A DNA stretch of 64,000 nt, from contig NC_068992.1 of NCBI RefSeq assembly GCF_001194135.2, forward strand, positions 8,560,751 through 8,624,750, given 5' to 3'. The position numbers and the translations under genes were made by a program. Source of the stretch: Octopus bimaculoides. Taxonomy: Eukaryota. The notes beneath the pieces were generated by a model. That model was not told where the DNA came from, did not search any database, and saw only the letters and a program-made list of their open reading frames with translations. Positions 12,223 through 26,099 of this stretch are shown one piece after another. Within the stretch, counting starts at the first letter, position 1. Every line of letters starts with the position of its first letter.

Positions 12223-13064
12223 CATAATAATAACAACAATAATGATAAAACATTTTGAACAGGCATGAAACATCAGGTTTACTCGGTTGGAGAAATAGAA
12301 TAATTGAAGCAGTTGTGCTTGTTAACTTTAAAAAAATTTTTAATTTGTGTAACATCTATGACAACAAGAATATTTTTTTAAAATTTTTCTTTTTACTTTT
12401 ATACAAAGATATGAAGCCTGAGATTTTTTTTAATGATAATAAGTATGTATGGGGGGGTGGGAGAATGAGAGGTCGTGATCATCATGCCTCTCCAGAGAAG
12501 ATTACTAATGTAAGTGAAGCAAAATGGCTTCAATTCAGAATTGAAATCACATCACAGACTTCGCTCGCTAAAAACATATTGTCACAGCATTACAAACAAA
12601 ATAATTACACAGGAGGCAAGTAAAATCATATATATATATATATGTCGAAACGCCGGTGTTAAAACGGGGGTAGCTGATGAAGTAGAATGTTCTCTATGTG
12701 GCTTGCGTGTTTTCTCGTCTACGTTTTGTTTGCAATGTCCTGTACCCAGATATGCACCTATACATACAGGTGGATGTCGGTATGCACATACCTGTACGTA
12801 TTTATGCATATACTCATTTACTATTTGTTTATATATATATATATATATATATATATTAATATTGAGAGAGAGAGAGATATGCATATATATATCTGTGATT
12901 GTGTGTGTGTGTATGTATGTATGTATGTAAATCTTGAATTCAAGAAAGGAACAGAAAACAGAAGAGAAATGATTAGATAATCCAAATCAAAAGATTTGAA
13001 CTAAAATTCTCATGATGTCTAAAATGTCAAGTGAACAAGCTTGGTTAAACTATATCAATAAATA

Positions 13065-13287
13065 ATAATAATTCTTTCTGTCATAGGTACAAAACCTAAA
13101 ATCTTGGGAGAAAGGGCTTTTTGGTTATGTCATCCGCAGTACTTAACTGGTACTTATTTTATCAATTCTAAAATGATAAAAGGCAAAATCTACCTCAGTG
13201 GAACTTGAACTCAGAGTAAAGAGACAGTTGAAAAGCTGCTAAACATTTTGTTTGCTGTGCTAACAATTCTGCCAGCTCATTACCTTA
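13065..13287 (-). mobile_element. SINE family A copy
   Basis: Core and head recognisable; CpGs decayed. Confidence 0.8.
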
Positions 13288-13359
13288 ATGATAATGAGCT
13301 TATTTTTATACAATGCTTTATATATAACTCATTCGTTTCTGAGATCAGCTTAAGGTCAA

Positions 13360-13640
13360 TCACCTCTGCAGCTCCATTGACCCGAAAACCTGAGAGACAA
13401 TCACCAAGGATCACACAAAGGGGTAGCATGTCATCATCAAGAGAATGAACCAGATGGAAATTAACAGATGTCGAGAAGCAGAGGTCAGAGGTCAAAAACG
13501 CAAAGAGCGACTCACATTTCCTTGTCCCCAACCAACCGTCTCTTGAGATAAATGCCTCCCCAAATCTTCTATACTGCTCTTGGCCTGAAGAGCCACCTCA
13601 GGCATTGGGTCCCTTTGCACTCATTAAGATGAAGAGGCTT
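13360..13640 (+). mobile_element. RTE/BovB-like LINE 3' end remnant
   Basis: IDPKT*ET..KD... followed by a C-terminal zinc-finger remnant (...YTALGLKSHLRHW). Disrupted. Confidence 0.5.
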
Positions 13641-13837
13641 AGTCACTTGCTACAGATTAACTATGAGTTATGATTAATACTAATGACTACAACTCACTGG
13701 TAGAGGTTAAAAAAAAAAAATGAACAGAAAGCAGTCATAAATCAAGTACAGAAAAGAAGGAGAGAATCCAAAAGTACATACACTGTACACAGAATAAAAC
13801 AGGATCTATCTATCTATCTATCTATCTATATATATAT

Positions 13838-14750
13838 NNNNNNNNNNNNNNNNNNNNNNNNNNNNNNNNNNNNNNNNNNNNNNNNNNNNNNNNNNNNNNN
13901 NNNNNNNNNNNNNNNNNNNNNNNNNNNNNNNNNNNNNNNNNNNNNNNNNNNNNNNNNNNNNNNNNNNNNNNNNNNNNNNNNNNNNNNNNNNNNNNNNNNN
14001 NNNNNNNNNNNNNNNNNNNNNNNNNNNNNNNNNNNNNNNNNNNNNNNNNNNNNNNNNNNNNNNNNNNNNNNNNNNNNNNNNNNNNNNNNNNNNNNNNNNN
14101 NNNNNNNNNNNNNNNNNNNNNNNNNNNNNNNNNNNNNNNNNNNNNNNNNNNNNNNNNNNNNNNNNNNNNNNNNNNNNNNNNNNNNNNNNNNNNNNNNNNN
14201 NNNNNNNNNNNNNNNNNNNNNNNNNNNNNNNNNNNNNNNNNNNNNNNNNNNNNNNNNNNNNNNNNNNNNNNNNNNNNNNNNNNNNNNNNNNNNNNNNNNN
14301 NNNNNNNNNNNNNNNNNNNNNNNNNNNNNNNNNNNNNNNNNNNNNNNNNNNNNNNNNNNNNNNNNNNNNNNNNNNNNNNNNNNNNNNNNNNNNNNNNNNN
14401 NNNNNNNNNNNNNNNNNNNNNNNNNNNNNNNNNNNNNNNNNNNNNNNNNNNNNNNNNNNNNNNNNNNNNNNNNNNNNNNNNNNNNNNNNNNNNNNNNNNN
14501 NNNNNNNNNNNNNNNNNNNNNNNNNNNNNNNNNNNNNNNNNNNNNNNNNNNNNNNNNNNNNNNNNNNNNNNNNNNNNNNNNNNNNNNNNNNNNNNNNNNN
14601 NNNNNNNNNNNNNNNNNNNNNNNNNNNNNNNNNNNNNNNNNNNNNNNNNNNNNNNNNNNNNNNNNNNNNNNNNNNNNNNNNNNNNNNNNNNNNNNNNNNN
14701 NNNNNNNNNNNNNNNNNNNNNNNNNNNNNNNNNNNNNNNNNNNNNNNNNN
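13838..14750. other. Assembly gap (largest). Others: 5308-5372, 10329-10338, 15627-15821, 17361-17633, 46308-46788, 49095-49214, 51668-51712, 55169-55178, 61586-61679
   Basis: N runs. Confidence 1.
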
Positions 14751-15871
14751 TATATATATATATATATATGAAGGAATTTTGTGAAACAACTTATTCAAAT
14801 GATTGAATGATTTTAATTTACTCAAATGCATTTCTTTGAATAATCTTAATTTACTGAAAAGTATTTCTTTTGCATAATGTTAATTTAGTAAAATAGATTT
14901 CTTAAAATAATTATAATTGTCTCAAAAGTATTGCTTTGAATATCCTTCAGTTGAGGTTACATTTTATCTGTCACTCAGTTTAACACCACCACCTTGCGGT
15001 CTATAGTAGACTAAATACACTGTTGCAAACATTTGAACCAAATCTCCATTTTGAATGTAACTGCCTTCCATCTTCAGCAGTCTCAGCAGCTCTTAATATT
15101 ACAGGCACAGCCCTTCCTCTTCATCCGATGTATTAAAAATAGAAGAAAAAAGATATTTAAAAGTATATTTTTCAATAATTTCAATTTATGCAACTGATTT
15201 CTTTAATTGGTCTTAATATCATTAAATGTTTTTCTTTAACACACAAACGTATTTCTTGGAATAATCTTACACTCAAATTCATTCTTTGATTCCCAAGACT
15301 GTGTTAATAAACCACTGAATAACATTGATTAACTTTTGTACTGAAAGTTTTGTAAGCCAGTTTTGAAAATTCAGGACATTTGATTTGCTAAGAAATAATC
15401 CACTTTATTGTTAAATACCTGAAGATCCAGTGTATCTACAGATGAAACTCATATGAATAAGAGGTTGACTTGACCAAAATAAAATATCAGTAATCTCTAG
15501 CATGGTACAGAGTAATTTTTCCAACTTTAAATCCTAAATGTGTGTGTGTGTGTATGTATGCATATATGTATGTATGTATGTATATCATCATCATCATCAT
15601 CATCGTTTAACGATGATGATGATGATNNNNNNNNNNNNNNNNNNNNNNNNNNNNNNNNNNNNNNNNNNNNNNNNNNNNNNNNNNNNNNNNNNNNNNNNNN
15701 NNNNNNNNNNNNNNNNNNNNNNNNNNNNNNNNNNNNNNNNNNNNNNNNNNNNNNNNNNNNNNNNNNNNNNNNNNNNNNNNNNNNNNNNNNNNNNNNNNNN
15801 NNNNNNNNNNNNNNNNNNNNNCTTTGAATATATCACATGACATAAGTGCCACCAAAGCACCTGTTGGAAAA

Positions 15872-15913
<42 letters not shown>

Positions 15914-15914
15914 A

Positions 15915-15959
<45 letters not shown>

Positions 15960-16049
15960 TCTTGACAGATGTGTGGATGAAAGTTAAAAATAAGAGTAGT
16001 GAAGGGAAAATGCCTCAAAAATAGTAGTTAAACATTTCTCATTCTTCAG

Positions 16050-16099
16050 GAACCTCATGAAGGAATATTATTCAGCTTGGGACCATTGATGAAATACAG
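16050..16099 (+). CDS. Candidate plus-strand coding exon (EPHEGILFSLGPLMKY)
   Basis: Acceptor catttctcattcttcAG and donor CAG|GTAACT. One open frame, phase 0 to 2, compatible with 17667-17709. No homologue recognised. Confidence 0.25.
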
Positions 16100-17666
16100 G
16101 TAACTATCAATAGACGTAAAGTGTTTGTAAAGAATGTATAAGTTAACTAGTGGGACAGAGTATGTTTTGTGTCTTTTACAATTTGTTTATTAAGCAAGCT
16201 ATTCCCTAATAATAACTGGAGGCATTTAAAAAAAAAATGTTGAAGATTGGATCCATTGGAGTGTTGTTGATTAACATATTGGGAATGCTTAACAAGTGGA
16301 AGGTACCTCTATTGAGCTGAGGGAACCTTTGTGTAATTACTCAATGTAGTGGAAATAACAGGCAAATATGCCCCAAACTTCAGTCTCTTGTCTTATTAAC
16401 AAAAGGGATACATTAGATTGTGTGGTACTGGATGCATTACCTGAGAGTAAAAAGTGGGGCTGGTTATAGCTGGAATGCTTTGGATTGTTAGTCTACTTGA
16501 ACAGAGCTGACTTGGGGTTAAACTAGAGCAACAGTGATAGTGGGATGATATAGGTAATAATTGTAATTGATTGTTCTTTCATATTTTATAATTTATATGG
16601 TTAATTCATTAAGCTGAAGGCTTTATGCATTCAATTATTTTAGCTAGAATAAGAAAATAAATACTGTTATGGGTTACTCTATATTTTTGTAGAATGTAAA
16701 TTTATTATTCTTATACAAAAATGTCGTTGACAGGGCCTTTGAAGTTTTGGTCAGTTAAGCTATTGTCAATTTGATGATGGTTTAACTAGCTGAAACTTCG
16801 AATTTACTGTCAACAACGCTCCTGTATAAAAATAAGTTATTTTAAATATGTATTTTCAACTCTTTTCTTTTGTTTATTCATTGTATATTTTGCAATTATT
16901 ATTTTTCTCTGTAGTTAAATTGTTATTTAAAACGCACACATACATACATTTGTGCACAGAGAAGAAGCATATAGTTTCATGCACACACTTAAACCAGCCA
17001 AACACAAGTTAACAAGGAAGCCTTTACATGGTCGTTTAATATGCTAAAAATAACAGTCAAATCTCCCTCAAAACCATCATACCATCTAAAAAAAGGACAT
17101 GTTGGATAAATGTAATCAAGAAAACATAAAAAAAAAGAGTTGTCATAACTGGAACACCACTGACCACCGATCTATTTAATGAAATGTTGACCCAAAACAA
17201 CAGCAACAGTGAAACCGCTGTGCAGTCCTTCAGCCTATAAGAAATAGCAGCCAAATTTCTCTTTCAAATCACACTCTGGTACTCTATAACTTTCAGTGGG
17301 GTAAAACATTAAAAAAAAAAATGAATAGAAAGTTATTTCCCTTAGGCTTTCCTAAGGGAANNNNNNNNNNNNNNNNNNNNNNNNNNNNNNNNNNNNNNNN
17401 NNNNNNNNNNNNNNNNNNNNNNNNNNNNNNNNNNNNNNNNNNNNNNNNNNNNNNNNNNNNNNNNNNNNNNNNNNNNNNNNNNNNNNNNNNNNNNNNNNNN
17501 NNNNNNNNNNNNNNNNNNNNNNNNNNNNNNNNNNNNNNNNNNNNNNNNNNNNNNNNNNNNNNNNNNNNNNNNNNNNNNNNNNNNNNNNNNNNNNNNNNNN
17601 NNNNNNNNNNNNNNNNNNNNNNNNNNNNNNNNNTGATACATATTTCTTTTCATTATTAATAATCAG

Positions 17667-17709
17667 CAGAAATTACAGTGACTTCGGGGCCAAAAGTTTT
17701 GTGCATTTG
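17667..17709 (+). CDS. Candidate plus-strand coding exon ((S)RNYSDFGAKSFVHL), NAGNAG acceptor
   Basis: tatttcttttcattattaataatCAGCAG tandem acceptor and donor TTG|GTAAGT. Open and phase-compatible with the flanking candidates. Confidence 0.25.
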
Positions 17710-17963
17710 GTAAGTGCCAAAGAACGAAATGCTCAACCCTTGAGTCACTCTGTAACTTCTGCTAATTATTAACTATATATATGTGTGTATGTTTGTGTGT
17801 GCGTATGTATGAATGTATGTACATTTATGTATGTATGTATGTATGTATGTATGTATGTATGTATGTATGTATGTATGTATATATTGCATATGTGTTAGGA
17901 TTGCTAGAACAAACAGGATAAGCAGAACTTAATACATGATATATATTTTTTTGTTATTTTTAG

Positions 17964-17990
17964 TTAGCAGAAAGTTATCAAATGAATTAA
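17964..17990 (+). CDS. Candidate terminal coding exon (LAESYQMN*)
   Basis: Acceptor atttttttgttatttttAG, TAA at 17988-17990, AATAAA at 18091-18096. Confidence 0.2.
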   Translation, partial: LAESYQMN

Positions 17991-18140
17991 GGAATGTAAT
18001 TTTCATGAATGGCAGTTACCAATTTGTTACGTAGCATGCATGACGTTCTCAGCTCTTAAGTCAATGTTGCAACCGTCAACCAACTAAAATAATAAAAAAA
18101 TACATATATCCTACACATACACTTATACATACATATGTTA

Positions 18141-18180
<40 letters not shown>

Positions 18181-18604
18181 GTACATATAGCTAAATACAC
18201 ATAAGTTAGACAGAGGAGCTGGGCCAACACCCGTCACCCTTGCAAGCTCTACCAGACAAAAGAAGTTGCAAATTTTATTTTTAAAAATCCCCACAAAACT
18301 AGAAAAATCCAGGTCCATTGGAATGGTGTTTAAGGCTTCTGGCTTAAACAAGCAAGTTTTGGCTTATGATTGTAAAAGTGAAATGTAACAATAAATTTTT
18401 TTGTACTATGAATATGCAGAGAGAGAGAAACAATTTGTACAGTTTTGAAGAGGAAGGATTGGAGAAAAGGTGTGTAGAGCATAGAGGACCTGAAAGAAGA
18501 GACTCTGGTGAGATACACTGGAATGGTAAGAGAAGGACAGATAAATGTGTTGAATGGCACTCAGTTTTTCTATTTATTCTAGTTTCAAATGATTAGAGGC
18601 TGTA

Positions 18605-18828
18605 ATAATAAAGGTTTCAAATTTTGGCACAAGGCCAGCAAGTTCAGGGGAGGGGATAAGTTGATTATATCGACCCCAGTGCTCAAAACTGGTACTTACT
18701 TTATTGACCCTGAAAAGATGATAGGCAAAGTTGACCTTGGTGGAATTTGAACTCAGAATGTTAAGAAGGACGAAATGCTGCTAAGCATTTTGCCTAACGT
18801 GCTAACGATTCTGCCAGCTTACCACCTT
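18605..18828 (-). mobile_element. SINE family A copy
   Basis: Full-length match to the other copies. Confidence 0.85.
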
Positions 18829-21339
18829 AGAGGCCGTTAAAATAATAATAGAAGGAGCAGTAAGTGGAAGACTAAGGTTTGCAATCATTTGGTTTTGTAG
18901 GGGAATGATTTAGTGAAGGATATTTGATGCAGTACTATCTTTGAATAGTTTTTACAGAGATAATTAACATCATATAAAATATTTTACATGAATTAATACA
19001 TTCTATCACATTTAAGTAAAACATATTTTCATTGGTATGATTAAATAAATATTTTAGTATTGAATAAATTTCGCAAATGTCATTTACACACCAAAGAACT
19101 ATATAAAAATAATTTAATGAATGAGCAGTTATAAATTGAAAATCATTTACTTTCAAAGCCATGGTTAAGTGTGCAAGACGAATTAGTTATTCCATTGTAC
19201 ATTTGCTTTAGCATTATCTGTAAATCATTAAAGTAAAATCATTGCTTTTCAGTCGGACAAAAAATTTCAGAATTGATAATTCCTAATTTATCATGAAAAT
19301 AAATGAAAATACAATTAATCTGCAGAGTTTAATTATATAGTGACAATTAAAATCAAAGTTCTTTATTATAAATATAATATTGATTTCTAGCATAGGCACC
19401 ACAAGGTCTCAGTAGGTTATATTGACTCCAGTACATGACTAGTATTTTATTGACCTCAGAAGAATAGAAGGCAAAGTTGATCCTGGTAGAATGTGAACTC
19501 AAAACATAAATAGTTTTCGTCCACCCATCTCCATCAATTAAAAATATATCAGTGAAATAAAAATTTAAGCCACAACTAAATCTAAGCTATTGCTAGTTAT
19601 CTCTTAATAAACACAAATAAATCTCCTATTGATACTATTTATCTCATAATATTGATTCATATCAACTGGCGCAGGGCCACACATTTTTGTAAGGAAGGGG
19701 TAGGGGGTGACAAATTGAACCTAGTACTTTACCACCACTTTATTTTATCATCCCACCTCCATCACAGACGGATGAAAAGTAAAGTGATTTTTTTTTACTT
19801 CAGGATATAAAGGGACATAACTAAATACTGCCTAGGCATTTTCTCAGCTCTCTTACAATCCACTATTCTCCTCCTTTACACAACAATAATTATACAGGAA
19901 ATATATGCAATATATATATATATATTGCATGTTCATATGTACATCATATATTACATCAACCTTATTTTCACAAGCCTGAAAGGATGAAAGTTAAAGCTAA
20001 CTGGCAGAATTTAAACTCAGAACATAAAGGCAGACAAACTGCCACTAAGCTTTTCACCTAGTGTGCTAATGATTCTAGAAATTTGTCACCTTCACTGAGT
20101 TATATATTAACAAGAGTAGTAAATGGACATGCAGTATTAAAGTTTTGTTGCCAAAGTAAGGTAAATGGAAGTAGAGCCAAATGGAGACATGGCATCTCCT
20201 GCACAAAATCTGCATCCACTGAAACTGACTCTGTACCTGTCAAAACCTGAAATATATTGGTACCAGAGAAATCTGGAGGAAATGTATACCTTGTGAAGAG
20301 AGGAAGAATGCTAGTGAAGAATTTATAAAGGCAGCTGAAGCAATGAAACAATCTAATACTGAACTTATCATAAAAATCAACAGTACAAAGACTATAAAAT
20401 ACTGGTTAGGAACAGGAAGTCAAAATCCAAGAGATGTCTGGGTAGTGATTTGCTTTAGATGTAGCAGGGACATGATAGGACACCACCATTTGGTACAGTC
20501 ACAGGCTTGGAAGAAATCAAATGATAGGAGAGAAAGGCTCAACAAAATCGACCACATCCTACACCTATGCAGTCAATGTCATTGACTCTTCAATGCAAGA
20601 ATTAGTTTACAGAGTCATCAACACCATCACCATAGAGGAAGTTTTCAGCAAAGAAGAAACTAAATTCTTGGATATGAGATAAAGCTGATGACAACAAGTA
20701 AGTAGAGGGTAAGAAACTCAATATTGAGTATTTAGTGCAAACAATATGTATTGAAAAGGAGCAGTGGAATCTCTGTTAGAGTGAGTGAGATCCAAGTTTT
20801 TAGCTAGTGTAGGCACAGGCATGGGTGTAGATGTAGGTGTGGCCGCATGGTAAAAACTTTGCTTCCTAACCACATGGTTTCAGGTTCACTCTCATGGCAT
20901 GGCACCTTGGACAACTGACTTCTACCACAGCCCCAGGCCGACTAAACCTTGTGAGTGTATTTGGTAGATAGAAACTGAAATAAGTATGCATGTGTGTATG
21001 CAGGTGTATATTACTGTCACCTTGGCTTGACATCATGATAGTTGTAAACAAGTTTCACTGTTATGCAAGTGGTGTCCATTTCCAATCTTCCATGAAAACA
21101 TACTGGGTCATGAGGAACTATTTGCTTGGAAATAAGTGAAAGCTGGCAACAGGAAGGCGGCTTGCCATAACGAAATCAGCCTTAACAAATTCCATCTGAC
21201 TTATGCCAGTATGGAAAAGTGGATGTTAAAACGAGGATGATGATGACTAAATGAGCAGGAGAAGGTAATCAGTAACTGCTTGCATGAAATGATGTCAATG
21301 AATTTTACTCAGATGGATTGCTTGACATTGTTGATAGTT

Positions 21340-21620
21340 TTCCTTTTTGTATTACCTCAGTGACCAAATAAGGGCAAAAAAATAGATGAAGTGAACATAT
21401 AGCTAGAGTAATAAAGAGGGGAAAGGAGTGCAGAGACTTGTTCACCATACAAAAGCAGATTATATGAACCATGTACATGAAGTGTGAAGTTATATGTTCA
21501 CACTTTATGGTGAATGAGGGACAGATATTGAAAACGTGAAGCCCAGTAGAGGTTGAGGAAAAATGAGTCAGGTATGACTCCTTGGGTGTATAATTTTAAC
21601 CTTCTGCCTAAAAGGTAGTT
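21340..21620 (+). mobile_element. Highly degraded RTE-type RT remnant
   Basis: Traces of DSF..L.DQI and IARV...G.K..RDL. Many disablements. Confidence 0.3.
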
Positions 21621-23244
21621 CTGAGAGGGGGAAAGTGGGCAGGCATTAAAACATCAAGGGAGATGACTGAGCTGGTGTTTAGACTAACAGTGGAACATAC
21701 AGGGATATAAAAAGACCATGGGAGAAGAGATACATCTAAATATCAAGATGTGACACATTAATAGGATGTTACAGGATAAAGAGGAATGATATAAGTCATA
21801 AATGTAGACTCATCCTACCTATAATCAGCAGAGAAAACACTAAATGATAATAATGGGGACACACACACACACTCATAGGTACATTTGTGTTATCAGCACT
21901 GTTTTGTCATTGAAGACTTGGTCTTTGAATTCCATTGTTAGATTCTTAGTAATAACATCTGTTCAGATTTTCCTTTAAGGGCAGTCAGACCTCATAGTAT
22001 AAAAATAATTTTTATTTAATGTCAGAATGTGAAGAATAGAATACAGTTGAGAAGTGTCAGCTAATTAACACATATAGACACATATGCATATATATGTACA
22101 TATTCACATACATTTCTATTATCACGTAAGCATTTATATATACATATGAATTCATACACAATATTTATATACATACATTACACACACACACACAGTCACG
22201 TACATATAGACATACACGCAAGTAAACGTATAAAGTAGTTATCATTTAAACTCTGCAAAAAACTATCCACCCCTATGAATTCAAATTCCACCCTTTTCTC
22301 CTTGCTTTCACCTTCTTTCCTTATGAGGGAAGATGTAAGGTTACAGACCTACCTTTACAGTTTTGTATGAAAAGCTTGTCTGACAAAATAGTGACACCGA
22401 AATATGACTCCCCTCTCCCATTGTTGTTTAGTTTGTCTTGGTTGCTAAGAGAGAAGAAACAGTCATTTTCATCTCTGCTATAAAAACAAAAATAAATTTA
22501 AAAAAACAAAATAAAAATTCTGCATTCAGTCACTGCTGTAGAATATACCCTTGCTGTGTTGAAATTGTGAATATATTCTCATTATATTGTATTCGTAAAT
22601 ATATCCATATTATTATTGAAAGAAGCCTTCAAAAGCAGAGATTAATACATTCTATACTATTCAGAGACAAATTAGGTTTCAGAGAAGTGATTGGACAACA
22701 ACTATACTTCATGGAAAGGTGATAACAGACAATGATTTGAGAAGCCCTAACTGAAAAAGAGCTTCTTCCTTTGTTTTTTTGTTTTGAATTTGAACAAATT
22801 ATTTTACTCAGTCTAACAACCAGATGAGAGTCTATTGATACATCCAAGTGTTGGTACATAATTAATTATATGAGAGTGAAATAGCAGAAACTAAAATATA
22901 TGCAAAAGACCCACGCATATAAAATTACAGTTGATATTTCCAACCATCTCAGAGAGAGTTGGAAGCTTGTCACACAAGAAAATCATCACATCTATGTTTG
23001 GTGAGGCACTTGGCTATAATCTAAAGACATTCTGAAACACCAGATATCCTTCTGTTGACTGAAATTATTGGTACAAATAACCTATAGCTCCAGTTACATG
23101 ATGCAAGCTACTAACTGCTTAAGGACATTTCTTAGTTTATCAACTATAGATATTTGACAAGAATGACTTTCAAGTTTGAGGTCTGTTAGAATTACATAGT
23201 TTATATATATTATATATTTGAGCGTGATCATTACCAGTGTTGCC

Positions 23245-23446
23245 TTACTGGCCCTTGTGCCGGTGGCATGTAAAAACACCCACTACACTCTCGGAGTGGT
23301 TGGCGTTAGGAAGGGCATCCAGCTGTAGAAACTCTGCCAGATCAGACTGGAGCCTGGTGCAACCATCTGGTTCGCCAGTCCTCAGTCAAACCGTCCAACC
23401 CATGCTAGCATGGAAAGCGGACGTTAAACGATGATGATGATGATAT
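23245..23446 (+). mobile_element. SINE family C (tail ...CATGCTAGCATGGAAAGCGGACGTTAAACGATGATGATG)
   Basis: Same sequence recurs at 25395-25441, 51443-51577(-) and 62526-62860(-), and degraded at ~21040-21250, 57000-57130 and 59120-59230. The (GAT)n tail is typical of RTE-mobilised elements. Confidence 0.85.
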
Positions 23447-24230
23447 TACTAACTAAATATCTACTTTTAATAAGCTGTTTTCTTGTAACCAAGAAAATTA
23501 TGAAAGAGAAATGGCAGGCTCTAAAGAATTTCTCAAAACTATAAAAGTTTAAAAGTTCAAAATAAGCACCTGCAAATAAACATGACATGAAGGTGTTTGA
23601 TGGAGAGATGGAAGTCATTTATGGAATGTTACTATTTGAGCCAATTTTGTTTCTGTTAGAGCATTCCTTGTCAGAGAATCAGTGGCAGGATATTTCAGCT
23701 CCTCTTATTCAATGGATTTCCAAGTAACAAATTCTCTTCCTCAAAATTTGATTTCTGAGCAAACACTAAGAGAATAATCAGACCATTTAGTGACAGCTTT
23801 CAAGTAAGTTCTAAAGCGAAGAGACCAGTTCTAATAAGGCAACTGAACATTTTCAAACTCATTGGAAAATGGACACTGAACCACAAGGCATCAAGAAATG
23901 TTACTAGAACCACTCCCTCCTCCTCTCTTTCACTCTAAAAACATGCATATATAATTCGATTAGAGGTTATGTTAACCTCATGAAGGGATGGTTTCATCCA
24001 ACGAAATATGGGTTCAATACTTAGTATTTTGGGGGAATTAATTTCCTTAAAATAATAGGTATATGAATAAAAACATAGTTTATATTCATATAAAAGAAGA
24101 AAAAGAAAATGGAGATTGCGAAGGTAATAATTGTTTATTATTAACAGCAAATTAATCATCCCTAGGGATAATGATTAATTTGCTGTTAATAATAAATTAT
24201 TAACTTCCCCACCTTCATTTTCTTTTTCTT

Positions 24231-24233
<3 letters not shown>

Positions 24234-24291
<58 letters not shown>
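24234..24291. repeat. (TA)n microsatellite
   Basis: Direct inspection. Confidence 0.97.
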
Positions 24292-24294
<3 letters not shown>

Positions 24295-25643
24295 CGATAT
24301 GGCCAGTTACCCGATGTTTCACAGCTATAATGATTGTTAATGAGATTATTTGCCCCTTTGGAGACAATTTGTACTTGAATGCAACAGGAACCCCATAACA
24401 TTGAAATTCCACTGGTCAAGATCTTCATATTCATACATGTACCTGTATTTTTTTTTAATAAATTAATATCTTCAAATTGGTAAACTGAGAAAAAATCTGG
24501 CTAGTCAAATCAAAATCTAGTGTTAAAATTTCAATTACCAAATCATACACATTTTCAATGAAAGAATGTCAGTCTCAGTGTGTAAGAAGGCATAACTCCA
24601 CAGACTTTTCTTATAAGCAGGTGGTATACACCATTATATTTTACAACTGTTTTTTGGCTTACCTTGCTTCAAACAAGATGCACACAAAATACATTTAAAT
24701 AGATTATAAAATTTCATTGCAAATTTAGAAAGAAAACAAAATCACCTTTCAATCAATTCAATACTCACTCACACACACACGACTGAAGACTACATGTTTT
24801 AGTGAAAATTTTTAGCAGCAGACATTTAGGTTAGTAACAGTTTTAAGTGACTTATCAAATGGTTCATAAGAACTTGCAATCCTTTCTGCTCACTCCTATT
24901 ACTTCAATGATACTCAAATAATTGTTACAGTCAAGGTTTATCTCTACTGGAAATACTGTGTCATCATGTTTTATTTATGTAAAAATAACTAAAATCACTT
25001 AGAAATTTCTCTATTGTTTTAGGTGTAATTGGTGTCTCTAGTGAGCATAAAAAGTGCAGATGCACTGAGAAAGATATCTTTCTCATATTCTTTTGTATGG
25101 AATGTGAGATGTGAGTCTAGCAACAGAAGAATTTATGACTGAAGGTCATAAACTGTTAAACACAAAGTGTTCTCTCTAAGGGAAATATAGAGACTTGCAA
25201 ATCTTCATGAAACCTCAACATTGTAGAGTTGGTTTTTATGAGAATGGAAGACAGCTGCATTCCAGAAATCTTACACTATATACCTGTTGTAAAGAGCGAG
25301 ATCTGTTGAGAGACCTATTTGGGATATATATTACCTGTAATTTTGGATTTTTATCCCTATTATATATATATATATTTTTATCCCTATATATATAACCCAT
25401 GCTAGCATGGAAAGCGGACGTTAAACGATGATGATGATGATATATATATATATACATACACACACACTCACATATAAAAATATACATATAGACATACAAA
25501 CATACATAACTTCACATACACACAGTGACAGAGGTAGTATTAGTACCAAGAGGTAATATTTATCCCCCCTTAAATGTAGACGTTCTATAAAACTATAGTT
25601 TGTTCCAACAGAACATCCACATTTAAGTGGGGGATAAATATTA

Positions 25644-25689
<46 letters not shown>

Positions 25690-26099
25690 TGTACTTTCAT
25701 ATATATACAAACACATGTATATGATGGTTAAAACTTGATTTCAAGTAATGCCATTGCTTGGTTATTCTCTGTAAACATGTATGACATGGATGTAGCTTTT
25801 CAATTCTGCTTGGAGCCTGATGTGACAATGATGGGTGGCTCTTCCAACAGGTGTTCAGAGAGCTTACCACCCAAGCTGGCACATGCCTTCATTCCATTAT
25901 AGAAGTTTCTAGTCTGTGTTTTGCCTTCCTCAGTTACAACCAGTTGCAGTACATAACACATAATAGAAATGTTAAAAAAAAATCAAGCAATGCTTGTGCC
26001 TGAAGCTTTTTAAAGTGAGAAAAGGTACATACATACATCATACCTAAATACATACATATACATAAATAAAAACACATTTATGTACACCCACATGTTTGT

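Noticed and set aside
13818-14831. Long X-filled ORFs (also 15538-15860, 17321-17659, 46216-46913, 49001-49258, 61401-61789)
   Set aside because: Artefacts of N-gaps.
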